The notes: generated from the sequence alone by a model not told the origin. Positions 13,441 to 26,988 are shown, numbered from the stretch's first letter. The stretch is DNA of 64,000 bases from Octopus sinensis (GCF_006345805.1 NC_043005.1:31992001-32056000); one strand, 5' to 3'. Numbers and translations: made by a program.

Positions 13441-14229
13441 TGGAAGATTACAGAAAATAGTCAGTGGCCAGTGGCTTGAAGTTAGCTAGGAAAGCTTACC
13501 TCTGGTGAGAAGTTCGTCTATATTTTTGATGGATATTGCAGGATACTGGAGAATATAAAGTCTTTTGCAAAGGCTGAGCTGGCAGTTGCAGGCTGTGAGT
13601 GTGTAAGGTGGGGCCCTGATAGTAATATTCCATTAAATGTTGTGGGAGTCATTCTGGAGGTTGCGAAATCCCAGATAGAGCAGGACAAGATGGAGTTTTC
13701 CCAATCCACGCATCTGAGGGGAGTGCATATGATGTGTATGCTCTCCCTTGAAGTGACTGGCCATTACCTGTCTAGTGCTTTGTAATGCTATTGGATGGTG
13801 TGGAGGTGACTCTGTAGAAGCAGGGTCCTCTCAGAGTGTAGTCAGTAGGGTTTTGGCAGTTGGAGGTTGTGTGTGTGCTTGTCTGTTGTAGTATGCAATG
13901 TTACAAGTGATGTTGTCTAAGCAGGAGTAACTAATTTTAACATTGTTTAGGTTGAAGAGCTTATAGTAGTTACGATCTCTAGGCAAATGCTTCTTGGCTA
14001 ATGACAGGATACACCTAGCTATGTTGGTTGAAACTTACTATATTAAATGGAGGATTGTTGTCACATCTAGTGTGGACCATCTCTTTTTGGGAGCCACTAC
14101 TCTCATAGGTTAGTGCTAATATGCAGCATTTGGCAAAGTTTTTATAGTTGGATGCTCTTTCCTTATTTGTCAGTTTATAGTACACAGGATGTCATTTTAT
14201 GTATATATTTTATATTGTACTTATTTCAG

Positions 14230-16610
14230 TCATTAGACTGGGGCCACCTTGAAGAATGTTAGTCAAATGAATTGACCCTAGTATTCATCTTTGTTTTTAA
14301 GCCTGTTGACTTATTCCATTAGCTTCTTTTTCCAAACCACTAAGTTACAGTGGCAGGGGTCAAACACACAATCACACAACAGTCTTCTTTCATTTTCCAT
14401 TGACCAGATCCACTCAGACTTTGATTGGCCTGAGTTTATAGTAAAAGGCACATGCTCAAGTTACTGCGCTGTAGGACTGAACTTGGAACCATGTATTTGG
14501 GAAGCAAGTTCCTTACCACACATTCCAAGTGAAGCTGCCTTGCAATTTGCAATACTAAAGATCTTTGCAAACTGAAAAGGAGAATGGGAAAAAGTGATGG
14601 TTTTAGGTGATGAGAGATGGTATAGTATGATAGTAGGAATATTTTCTCCTTTTCTAATTGGAATAACCATGTATCTCCTTGACAGTAAGACATTGGTTCA
14701 TATCCTATCATACTCTTACCTCCCAATGTCTTGCTGTTGAGGAGATACATGGTTATTCCAATTAGAAAAAGAGAAAATATAGTGGTAATAAAGTATCGAG
14801 ACACTCCCGAGGGTAGGAGAGTTTAAATGTGTGGGGAACAGGGGCAGATAAGTTGCTAGAGAACTCAAAAGCCTCCTTGACTATGTGGGATTGTTGTAGA
14901 GAGAGGGTGTGGCTTTATGCCAGGTGTTGAGAGGCTAAAGTATGATAAAAGGACAGATGCAGTCATCTTGCTTTTAGAGAAGAAACATGGCTAACCTGCA
15001 TTATATGAGTAGTTATGGCTATATGGTTAACGAGTTCACATCCCAACCATGTGGTTTTGAGTTCAGACTTACAGTGCAGCATCTTGAGCAAGTATCTTCC
15101 ACTATAGCCTCAGGTTGACCAAAGCCTTGTGAGTGAATTTGGTAGATGGAAACTGAAAGAAGCTTGTCATGTGTAGGAGTTGGTATCTCCCTTGTTTTGG
15201 CATTGCTTGTTAATTGTAAACAAGTGTCACCATCATACAAATGTTTCCAGTCTTCTGTAAAAACTTGTCTGGCCTTGGGGAATTACCATGCTTGGAATAA
15301 AAGCATGTGAGGGTTGGTGACAGGAACCACATCAAGCTGTAGAAAATCAGCATCAACAAATTTCATCCAACACATGTCAGCATGGAAGATTGGAAGTTAA
15401 TACAATGATAGTGACGTGTGTGTCCTTGACTTCACATCACATAACAGTTGTAAATGAGTGTCTTTTAAAGAGTTGTTTTTCATTTTCAATCTTCTGTGAA
15501 AATGTCCTGCTGTGCTAACTTGGTGAGGGTTGGTGCCAGGAAGGACCTCCAGCCATAGAAAATGCTTCCATGAATTCCATCTGACCTGTCCAAGCATGAA
15601 AAAGCGAATGACACACATGGAATTTACATTTTATGTATGTGAAATTATATACACACACATACACACATAAATGTCAAATGATGAAGTGAGTGCTCAGCTC
15701 TGCATTGGTGGAGATATATATATATATATATAAGTTTGATTACTAATAGAAGCGAAGCTGTTTAGGATTATTCTGTTGAGCAGTTTTAGCCAACTAAATT
15801 TTGTATAAGACTTGTAATACAGCAATTACTGAATTCTGCTCCATAAACTCATGAGTAAAGTATCTTCTTTTTTTTTTCACTATTTTAAGTGAAATCATTC
15901 AGTTTTATTGTATAATAATTAAGTGTAATTAAACAAGCAGATTTTTTTAATTACATTACTATTATTAGTATTTCATATGTTGAACTCAGTAGATTGAAGT
16001 TGGGTGTTTATGAAAAGTCTCTGGTACCATTTTGTTAGTGTATCTGCAACATCTGCTAAAACACTTTTTAAGTATCATGTAGTGTTAATGGAGAACCAGA
16101 ATATTAGATTGGGTTAGTAGCTCTGGTTCCTCTTTGTTTTTGATGGGTTCCCAAATGTAGAGGAGGAGAATTACTAGAATCACTGTTTAACCTAAAATCC
16201 CATCATACTGTTGTGTTACAAGAACATATTAAAATCCCCCACCCCATCAGTCACCATTTGTTTCATCTCAGATGGGATTGTATGCCTAAGAAGCTTATCT
16301 CCCAACCATGTGATTTCAGGTTCAGTCTCACAGCATGGCACCTTAGACAAGTGTCTTCTATAACTTTGGGCTAACTAAAGAAACTGAAAGATGCCCATTG
16401 TGTGTGTGGGAGCTTGTGTACCTTTGTCTTGACATCATATGATGGTTGTCAGTGAGCATCACCATCATAAAAGTGATATGGTTCATTTCCTTGTTTTGGA
16501 AACAAGTGAAAGTTGTAGACAGGAAGGGCATCCTGTCATAGGAAATCTGTCTCAACAAATTCCATTAGACCCATATCAGCATAGAAAAGTGGACATTGAA
16601 ACAATCATAA
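14230..16610. mobile_element. Cluster of decayed SINE copies in both orientations
   Basis: Repeated matches to the same SINE core on the minus strand (about 14300-14520) and plus strand (about 15010-15400, 16270-16610). The short ORFs called here are repeat artefacts. Confidence 0.6.
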
Positions 16611-17357
16611 CAATAGTGCTCATAAAAGAAAATCCTGATTCATTTGTATAAATCCTGATACATTGTCTATGAATGTTGATTGAATGTAGATTGTTTTACA
16701 GTTCCAGTTTTTATATTTTGTGTAGTTTATTTTGCAACCATGTGATTTTATGTTGGACCCCACACCATAGAATCAAAGTTACTTATATACAATACAAAAT
16801 GAAGACTTGCCGGTATAAACAAATCTATAGTGTGATCTATTTTCACCTCAGATTAACCAATTAGGAAAAGAAAAGGTTTTACACAAGATGTATATGTATT
16901 GGAGAAGAATGTAAATATTAAGAAATGAAAATCTGGGTTTCTTCAAATTATTTGATATTTATTCTACCCTGAGTTACATACACTCTAGTTGTCAGAAATA
17001 CAAGGAACCACTGATTAGTCTAGCACTAGTGTTCATCAATTAAATATATTCTGTGTTGTCAGAGGTACAAAGTTCTTTATTTTATTTCTTGTTTCTGGAG
17101 GGAAAATTATAACTTTATTGCTGTCATTTGGATTCGTAAATTGAAAGATTGGTATTAGATTTAGATTAAAACAAATCTGATCAATAAAAAAGTAAAACGA
17201 GTTTAAAGAAAATTTATAATCTGGGAATATTGTATTAGTTTTTTTTTTTCAATTAATTTTTGAAAATAAGGAATTTAGTAAAATAACCTTTGTCATTGTT
17301 AATTTGGTGTATATTGAAATAAAATTTCTATGAAAGGTTTCAATTTAGATCATTTAA

Positions 17358-18444
17358 CCCTTTCGTTACTATATTTCTGACCAAATTACACCCCTTATGT
17401 GTTTCAATTAATTTCTAACGTAATCATAAATTTAGTCTGGTTTCATTAAACAACTATAACTTTTTTATTTATCGATATATCAATCTAATTTTTGGAAGAT
17501 AATTTAATGAAATATTCTCAACCAATTCTATACTATAATTTTTGTTACAAAGTGACTCTAATTGCAGGTAGATACAGGTAAATTCCACAAAATATAAAAT
17601 TATTAAAATTTTGTTCAAACATCGCTATAGAAAATGGGTTATTAGCTAATATTCAATTGGGTATATAACAAAATTTTACGATAGAATTTGTTATTCTGGG
17701 TAACTTTCTGATACCCATAATAATATTTACGGCAAAATAGTCTTAATTTCATTTAAGGTTGAGGGAAAACCACAAACTATCGTTTCTTTTGCTTTGTTTA
17801 CGTTTAGCGTAACGGTTCGTCTCCGCTGTAATGATTTCAAATAGGCTCATTCGAAAAAGTAAAAAGAAATAGTCTAAGGCTTTACTCTTCTGGGAAAGTC
17901 TGTGGCTTGGTCCAGTTTCTTCAGAGAAATCACCGAAAGAAACAGTTTTTAAATTTTCACTCCATTCAGGTGCCAATTCGTTTTCTTTATCGCTATCGGA
18001 GATCTCAGATTCACTGTTTTCACTTTCGGAAAATGAAACATCAGATTCATTATCAAATACCACATGCTTTTTTTTTTCAGTCATAGAGTTAGATTTATGA
18101 AGGTCTTCAGTAGAAAATCCTTCGAATTCTGACTCGCTGCTTGATATAATGAAATTCGTATCCATTTTTTGTCAGAATTACAAATTTTGAAAACACAATA
18201 GGAACAAATTTCGGAAAAAAATCTCCCAAAATTCACGGAATTAAAATTACACTTCGATTATTGTACAAAACTGTAGTTGAACTGTTTACGAAGTATAATA
18301 CGTGTTTTCACGAATGTACTGAAGAGATTTGCTCTGATATTCTCATTTAAATATGAATAGGTAAATTCGGGCGGCTTTGGGCGGTTTGGTTTCATAAACC
18401 AAAATTTTGTTCGGGCGGCTTTGGGCGGTTTGGTAACGAAAGGG
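17358..18444 (-). mobile_element. Internally deleted piggyBac element (1087 bp)
   Basis: TTAA at 17354-17357 and 18445-18448; perfect 12-bp TIR CCCTTTCGTTAC / GTAACGAAAGGG; duplicated subterminal TTCGGGCGGCTTTGGGCGGTTTGGT; carries the transposase N-terminus. Confidence 0.92.
17690..18165 (-). pseudogene. piggyBac transposase N-terminal fragment
   Basis: ORF 17749-18165 has an acidic/Ser N-terminus then PEWS...F.E..GP...LDYFFLLF...ITAETNRYA, followed after a frameshift by IIMGIRKLPRITN. Homologous to the ORFs at 44930-45464. Confidence 0.85.
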
Positions 18445-21400
18445 TTAAAAACAGTAAGTTTGTACCATTGTACCAGGGGCAGTTTCATTGAGGTTTGTAT
18501 TAAAAAAAATCAGAACTGCTCTAAACTGTATATGACTGGCATATAATTAGGTCAGTCATGGTTATATAGCAAGTTTAAAAGTTTATGTACTATCATACGT
18601 AGTTGAGTTATGTTTTTATCATTGGAAGCTCTTTTACTACTTATTTTCATTTTGAACTACTTAGTATCTATTAATATATTCAATTTACATGGACCTATTA
18701 AAACAGCAGGGTAATTGATTTTGCAATCATAAATATAGTTGATTAAAAGCTCAGATATTCCAGTTGATTTTGTTACTCTTTGTATTGCAGTAATGAATTA
18801 TGTCTTATGTTCAAGAGTAGTGTGTAATTTTGGTGGTCATTTTTTAAAAATAAAAATATGGTTTGACTATAATAGACTTCATAAGTTTAAATTATTCTCA
18901 GATAGTTGATTACATATATTCTCATTAGCATTCCTCAAAGACTTGTTTACATGCATAAAGCAAATTGCTGTATATTGAGTAATGAAATGTATGATAAACA
19001 TTGATATTACAAAATAACACTCAAAGCATTGTGAACATTTCCACAAGCAACTTTTTCCTCTTCATTTTCCTTCAGCACATCCCTGCTTTTATACTGCTCT
19101 TTTTCTCTTATGTGTGTGTAATAAACCCTGTTTATACTAAAATTGCAACATTGTAGTCTACAAGCACTTTGTTGGAGATCTTGGATTGCACTTGTTCAGT
19201 ACTGATAGTTAACATTATGCACTTATGTTGCAACCAAGACCTGACTATATGCAACATAACTTGGCAGCTACAACCAGCATAGTGCAAGACCAGTGGTTAT
19301 CAGACTGTTTGGTCTCATGGTACATTGGAGATCAAATAAAAACATTACTTGTACATTCTGCAAGGAAAGTGTTTTTTAAAAAAACTGTCTTAAATGAAAA
19401 AATTTTAAAAAACTATAAAAGTAGTTCATAATTGGCTTCATGAATCACATTTATAATTAAATTATAACACATCTTCAAGAGACTCAACATTTAGTATGGA
19501 GTTTCTAAAGCTATCTTTAGCATGTAGTTTCTAAAACTAGATCCTTTTAGTGGCACATCTTTTGATAGCCACTGTTATAATGTGTACTGTTTCGCACATT
19601 CAGCAAGTGTGTAATTTTGGGCATACTGAAAGTGATTGCAGTAGCTTCGTAACAAAGAATTTGTGTAAGCATAAGGCCTATGTGAATGTTGATTGATCCT
19701 TTTGGGTCCAATTCTGATGAGTAAACTGTTTCAATTATCAGTAATCAACATTTTAGAAATTTTGTCACATATCTTTGCAACTTGATATATTTTATGGTGA
19801 TGTTGGCCAACTGGAATCTGTGTATCATTCTTATGAGATTTTGAGAAGAATTTAATACATAACTATGAGCATTTTAGTTTGGGCCTGAGTTGATATAACC
19901 AGACCTGAATTAACTCTAAAAAGATGAGAACCAAAATTAAGAATTGTTTGAAAGAAAGAAATTGCCTGACAATGTTATTTGTAGAGTTAATACTAATAAC
20001 AGTGCTGATTTGTTTTTGTATTGTAGTCATTGTGTATATTTGTGTTACTTTAATTTGGCCATTCACAAGTTTTTGTTCCTTCTTAACCATTACTGTCTGG
20101 AAGAGGTTTAAATGATTATTTAAATTTTCTTGACATTATGGTTCTGCATGTGATCTTATTTTAATTTCACAAATGCTTTATTATGTTTAGTGATCCACAC
20201 ACAATTATAATCAGGTTGTTTACAAAAAATTTAATAACTAACTCTTTTGAGTGTTCAGGTTGACCTTATAAATAAAGTATTCAGTAAAACTAACTGTAGG
20301 TTTTAAGGTTGAAAGCATAAAGACGGATTGTTCTTTTACTGGTTGAATTGAAATTGTGCAACTGATGTTGATGCACAAAATCCTGATAAACATCGTTGAA
20401 AAAATGGTTTTGCTTTGTATTCAAGATTAGGTTTGAATTTAATACTGTGTAACTAGTACTAAAAATGGGTACAAAAGGTGCAAGAGCTAAACAAGTTAAT
20501 GCTTAGGGCCATCAGATTTTGTATAGCTTAGGATTTCATCTAAATCCATCTTCTACAAAGATGATTTTTTAAAATATATATTTGAAGTAATGTTTCCCTT
20601 CAAAGCTGGAAGCTTTTCTTTCTACTGACCACATAACTATGACTTAACATCCAATTTCAATGAAGTAGACTACAATAGGAAGTCATGCTTCTTCATTTTG
20701 GGAGGCAGTAAACTGGATTAAAATTTTAAAGTTGGTAATCACTATCGCAAATTTAATTTTCCAGTATTTTCTAGAAGCTTAAATTATGAATTAATATTTA
20801 AATCACATTCTATAGTCAGTAGGCATATGTAGACATTAAGTTGACTTGGATATTAACATTGGTCATATTTTCTGTTTCAGTTTCTCTTTTGCATTGATCA
20901 TTGTCATGTATCGTACACTTTTGTAGCATGTTGATGACACTACAATGAAAATCTCTAAGCAAGAGTTCTCTCATCGGATGAAACCATAGTGTTACTTTGT
21001 CTCTCTTGGGCAGAGATATTGGGGTGGTTTGTCATTGCCTTTCCAAACTGGATAGCTGTTGCCCCACAAAGAGCTCATCCACCTTTTGACAGGTCTTGTG
21101 TTTAGTCTTACTGAGTGACCAGACACCGTCCTTACATGAGTAGCTAGCTACTCAGGTGGAGAGGAGGACAGTTTAGTCACTGACCACTCAACCATAGAAC
21201 AAATACTCGTTTACATGATACCAGTAACAGATTTCATCAGCCTGTTGAGGTTCCTGACCAGACTTAAGCATTGCCCATACAAGAACAGATTGATTTTGGA
21301 AAAATTGTTTTTCATGTTTTATTACAAATTTTTAAATCTATAAGAATAAGATTTTGTGTTTTTTAAGTGCTTACTTATCCAGACTTTTTATTTTTCTCTA

Positions 21401-21839
21401 TCAACATTACTTAGAGTAATGACTAACACTACTGTGTGAGAGTTGTTTTGCCAGGTGTGTGTGTGTGTCACAGTCATCATCATTTGACATCCTGTTTTCC
21501 ATATGGACATGTGCTAGGATTATGCATGTAATTTTTAATGGCTTAGAGATTGGGTGGAGAGGGATCAGTTTCGATATCTCTTTCATGATTTCTAAGACTA
21601 GTGGCAGGAGGTTATCCTCAAACTAGAGACCCAACTTGTACTTGCTGCAGAGTAGACTATATAAAGCCAAAAGGAGTCAGGTTATGATTTTAAACCTGGA
21701 GGTAATTTACCCCTCAACAACAAAATAAGTTCCTCTAATAGACTTGCACAGAGTTTCTATTTACCAAATTCCACTCACAAGACCATGGTCAAAGTGCCAC
21801 ACACAGCAAATCTGAAACCATGTACTTGTGAAGCAAACT

Positions 21840-21870
<31 letters not shown>

Positions 21871-22066
21871 CCAACCATAATGATTTGGAAAAATGAGATG
21901 TAAATACTCTACTTATCCTCAATCAATGATGAAAGAATTTTTGTTATAGCAGAAACATGATATTGTAGTGGTTGATGCAATCTATGCTACAATTTAATCA
22001 TGCTTTGTGTTGTATGTTCAGATATATTTTTGTTAATTTCTTTATAATTTCTGTTCAATTTTGTAG

Positions 22067-22159
22067 CCAACCCAGGAGCAAATCCGTATTGCTCAAATGA
22101 TTGAAGACAGAACAGAAAATGAAGATCGTGCTAATCGTAAGATTGAAAAAATTGAACAG
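22067..22159 (+). CDS. UBAP2L: UBAP2L-like exon 3: PTQEQIRIAQMIEDRTENEDRANRKIEKIEQ
   Basis: TTTTGTAG acceptor, GTAAAC donor, 93 nt; QIRxAQMI motif typical of the family. Confidence 0.92.
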
Positions 22160-22714
22160 GTAAACTACATATTTAAATAAATAAAAACTAGATAAAAGAA
22201 ACTTAACTTTCTTTGTATATCCAAGACTTACTCTATTTCTGTGATTCTAACATCATTTGTGACTTCTGCTTCAGATGTGGTATTCAAATGATTTAAATAT
22301 GACCCATTGTGGAGTACTTTTATATATGTATTAGTATATTTCATCTAAATCTGTCATGGTTTTCTCCTCCTTGTCTCTTGTCTCACTCCCATTCTTTTTG
22401 TCCTCTCTTACACTGACATTGCTCATTTCACCTCTACTCTTCTACAACCTGCCTCTTTCTTGCAATCTCTTTTTCCTTCCCTGTGTTTTGATATAAAATA
22501 TAATTGTATTGAGAATTTTGTTCTAAATTCATAGCTAAGTTGGTTTTTTTTCCTCCCTCCCTCACTTTCTCTCTCTCTCTCTCCCCATATATGGTTGAGG
22601 CCCTTTAGTGTCTACTAGTCCATTCCTCTTTTGAGCGTAGTCCAATAGATTGTTTTTTAACATTTGTAAAAGCAGTTAGCATTAGTTTTTCTCCCTCTTG
22701 TATGTTTCATTCAG

Positions 22715-22825
22715 GTAATGGAAGCCTCTGGCAAAACCTATGATGAGGCTGCTGTGGCTTTACACGATGCCGAATTTGATCCCGAGAAAGCCGTCATCAT
22801 GCTGCTAGAAGGTGAAAACGACCAA
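22715..22825 (+). CDS. UBAP2L: UBAP2L-like exon 4 (UBA-like domain): VMEASGKTYDEAAVALHDAEFDPEKAVIMLLEGENDQ
   Basis: TTCATTCAG acceptor, GTAAGT donor, 111 nt; ALHD...A...LLEG UBA-like motif. Confidence 0.93.
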
Positions 22826-23089
22826 GTAAGTTAACAAAAATTAGTTTCATTTACTACCTATATTGCTATTTTTGCTAATAAACTGTTCATTTATATTTCA
22901 CTTACCTTAAATTAGAATTTTCTTTCAACCCTATGGCTTCTTTCTCTTTTCATTTTCTTTAGCCTTATCTGCGAAATAAACTCTTAGAACAAGGGAGCCT
23001 TAATGTAGATGCTTGAACTGCTACACTTAACAGCCAAATTTCCCTAAAAAATCAGAAATTAATGGCTGGAGGGAGTGTTTTTGATCATT

Positions 23090-24130
23090 TTCTGTCTACT
23101 AGATCCATTCACAAGGCTTTGGTTTGTTCAGTGCTTTAGTAGAAAACACTTTGCTAAGGTGCCATGCAGTGGGACTGAATCCAAAACCACATGGGTGTTT
23201 CCTCTTACAAGACACTTGTTTCTATCCCTCTATCATACTTTATCCTCTCATCACCTGACATAAAGTACAACACTCCTTCACTTGAAGGGTCTTGTTTTGT
23301 GAGTTACTTAGTGACCTCACTTGTACTAGTGTCACACAAAATGTACTCAGTACACTCTGTGAAGTGATTGGTGTTAGGAAGGACATCCTGTTGTAGAAAC
23401 CATGCAAAAGCAGACATGGGGTTATATAACTCCATATCAATCAAAGCTTTGTGGCTGTGTGGTTTCAGATTTAGCCTCAATGTATGGCACTTTGGGAAAG
23501 TGTCTTCTGGGCTGAACAAAGCCTTGTGAGTAGATTTGGTAGACAGAAACTGAAAGAAGCCCACTATGTCATCATCACTAATATATCTACTACCAGATGC
23601 TTTTCCTGTCACCAACTCTCATCTATTACTAAGTAAGATATTTCTCCATGGCCAGACATGTTTTTGTAGAATATTGCACATGAACGAGTGATATTCATTT
23701 GCAAATATGAAATGTCAAGAGAAGGAAATACAAACATATACACACTCATGCACAACAAGTTTCTTTCAGTTTCCCTCTCCTAAATCCATTCACAAGTTGG
23801 CCCAAGGCTATAGTACAAGACCTTTGCCCAAACTACCACATATTGGAACTGGTCTTAAAACCCTATGGTTAGGAAGCAAACTTCTTAACCATGCCTGTGC
23901 CTGTATATGTTAACTGTCTTCTTATTTTGACATCGCAAGATAGTTGTAAACAAGCATCACCGTTCTACAAGTTGTGTCCTTTGTTTTTAATCTTCTATGG
24001 AAACCTGTCTGACCCTGGGGGAATCTTATTTTATCTGGAAACAGATGAGGGTCGATGACAGGAAAGGCATTTGGCTGTAGAGAATTACCTCAGTGAATTC
24101 CATCTGATGCTTACAAGCATACAAAAGTGG
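23090..24130. mobile_element. SINE cluster (minus, plus, minus copies) just downstream of exon 4
   Basis: SINE core at about 23090-23200 (-), 23440-23570 (+) and 23750-23900 (-). Confidence 0.6.
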
Positions 24131-24565
24131 ACATTAAAACAAATATGATGATTCCAGAATTACAGTTTTTGAAACTCTTTGACAAATTCAGCATTAAAAA
24201 CCAAATTCCCAGCATGTTCCTAATTAACCAGTCCTGAACTCTTATAGATTCTTATATCTTGTAGCTGAGCATCTTCCTGTACTTTACATTCTTCACTGAA
24301 CTTACCAATAGATATAGTTTCAGATTCTTCAACCCATTTCATCAATGCCTTTTTCTCTTTTAGCACCCACATCACCAAACAATGTGTAAGTTAACCTGGA
24401 AAAGGCTTCTTAACTAAAAAATTGTTTTTCACTAAAAGCTTATAGTTGTAAAGTTGTGTAACTAGTAGTATATAATTAAAAAGATCTGAAGCTCAGTGTA
24501 GCCAAACCAAGAGTTTCGATTAGTAATAGAATGACAGTACCATGAGAGAAATAGTATTTTTGATA

Positions 24566-26988
24566 TCTATATTTATAAAAGGTAGGGTGTGTGTGTACAT
24601 GAATGTAATTTATGCATGTCCACAACTTAGCAAACATGTCGCCCCAATTTTAGGAGGATATTCGTCAAGATCCTAGCTGGGTTTTGCCAACTTATTTTTC
24701 CTGGGGCATACACGAATAGCGGTAAAAATCGATTTTCAACCATAACTTTTACCAATTTTGAAGTTGGCAAACATGAGTTAAGTCCCCGTCTTGCCATAGC
24801 GAAGTGAATGTGCATGTGTGTGTGAGGGAGAGAGAGTTCGACAGCGTTTAACAAAAAAAAAAATGTAAAGAGAAAGTGTGTGTGAGGAATAGAGTGACAG
24901 CATTCATCAAAAATAAAAATGTAAAAATTTTTTTTTTTTTCCTAAACACAAGATATAGTCTTCAAATTTAGGATGTTTTTAAAAGACACAATATTTTAAA
25001 ATCAGAATATATATACTTTCTCACAACATTTAAAATATATTTATTTTAAATCACTTATTTATCTATAAAAGGCAGGATCTGTGTGTGTGTGTGTGTGTGC
25101 GAACGTGAATGTAATTTATGCATGTCCACAAATTAGCGCACAAGCCGCTAAAATTTTAGGACATTGGTCACGATCATGGCTGTGTTTTTGTCAACTTATT
25201 TTCCCTGAGGCACCTGCAGCTAGTGGTAAAAATCGATAACTTTTACCAATTTCCACATAAGTGAAATCTGTAAGTTTGCTAATATGAGTTAAGTCACCTG
25301 ACTAGCAATGGCAAGAAAGAAAAAAACAAAGGGTAAATTCTTAGATTAACACCCGCACAATTTTCACTAAGAAAAAATAGGATAAACTCAGATTTTTGCG
25401 TGGAATCCAGTACCCTGGCCTCCTAATATGCTGCAAATCCCTTATTTTGGTTTGGCAAAAAGGGGGGCAGGGCAAGGGGGACCCTACCTTTCCCCAACTT
25501 GGAATCATTGGAAATTTGTTTTCTTCATTGAATGAATTCTTGTGACCTAATATGCTACAAAACCCTTTTTGGGGTCCGAAAAACGTGGTGGGGGGGATGT
25601 TGAAGCCTCGGAAATTTCAATCCACCCTCATTGATCTTTGCACCCATACAATTTTCACTAAGGAAAAAAAATATAACCAGTTTTTTTTTTGCATGAAATC
25701 AAGTACCCTGACCTCCTAATATACTGCAAATTTTCGTTCGGAAAAAAGGTGTGGGACGAGGGCCCCTCCCATCAGAATCATTGGGAATTTTTTTTCTTTT
25801 CATTGAATGAATTTCTGTAACCTAATATGCTACAAAATCCTTTTTGAGGTCCAAAAAATGGGATGGAAGCCTCAGAAATTTTACCCCCTCCTAACATTTT
25901 TCAGAAATAAATTTTCCAGAGAGTGAATTACATGGTTCGTTATTAAATATACATATAGTAGAGAATGTGAGATATTGTGCGGTTGTGTGTGTATATATAA
26001 CACCCTGCAAACCTTCAATGCATCCTTGACCGATAGTACCCCTAGGAGTGGTTAGGTCTAGGTTGGGATTAGTAACTGCCTTTCAGAGGCTCCTGAGCCC
26101 ACTTTCGCTAGGTTAGCTTAGGCTTAGTTGTGATCCGAACATAACCTCTTCTGGCACAGAGGATCGGAACCCCTTTTGGGCGTTCTATTTTCCTTGCTGG
26201 AAAGGCTCCCAACCCATGGGCCCAAGTGGGTTAGATGATGAGTGAGGTGGTTTTGAAAGGGCCAGCATGTGCAACCTGATCACCTGCCGGTCAAACTCCC
26301 AACCCACGCGTTCCCGTCGCGGCACTGATTCTGCAGAACTGGGTTGGATGTGAAAACCAGCTTTAAAGTATAAATATAGATTTTTTGAATCAGCATTGTT
26401 GTGTCTGGTTAAGTCCTATTTGAAGTGAAAAATCAATAAACTGATTCCTTATAGGATTTCTCACTAAAATTGGCTACACCCCATTTTCAATCTTAACTTT
26501 TACCAATTTTTATGTATTTTGTTCAAACTTGATGCCGGTGTTACTTAGGAGTCATGCTTTAAGTTCTCAAAGAAAAAGTGGAAAAAATCGATAAACCGAT
26601 TCCTTATGGGATTTCCCAATCAAATTATCTGCAACCCATTTTCAGCCAAATGTTTACCAATTTCAACGAGTTTCGCTCAAATGTGACATCAGTATTACTT
26701 CGTTTGGTTTGAAACAAAGCGCTTTATTAGCTTAACCCTTTTGTTGCTGTATTTATTCTGAGATGCTCTGTGTTTCTTTCAATTACTTTAAATATGACAA
26801 AGAATTTAGTAAAATAACTTAGTTATCATTTAGCTATTGTTAAGAACATAAATTGTGACTAAGGTTTGGTGGAAGATTTTAATTGAAAACTTATGAAAAC
26901 AAGATCTAGAGCCGGTTTCAGCCGGGTTGGTAACGAAAGGGTTAATAATCCTTACTTAATCCTGGGCAATGCCGGGCTATACAGCTAG
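24566..26988 (+). mobile_element. Non-autonomous composite Helitron-like element
   Basis: 5' A|TCTATAT..ATAAAAGG at 24566; 3' hairpin CCTGGGCAATGCCGGG at 26961-26976 followed by CTAG|T at 26985-26989; second 5'-like end at 25062; internal tandem repeats of about 290 bp and 160 bp. Confidence 0.75.
26736..26941. mobile_element. piggyBac MITE (206 bp) inserted into the Helitron
   Basis: TTAA at 26732-26735 and 26942-26945; TIRs CCCTTTTGTTGC / GTAACGAAAGGG; subterminal CAGCCGGGTTGG shared with the 42.4-kb element. Confidence 0.85.

Noticed and set aside
13450-14130. Possible LINE (CR1/L2) coding remnant, and a similar purine-rich block at 10800-11130
   Set aside because: The composition suggests old retroelement debris, but I could not recover a diagnostic motif.
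26255-26350. GGCCAGCATG...GCCGGTC resembling the start of an HDV-like ribozyme, and a nearby ATGATGAG...GAAA hammerhead-like string
   Set aside because: I could not form P3, P1.1 or J4/2 for the HDV fold. The hammerhead candidate lacks C3 and a stem II.
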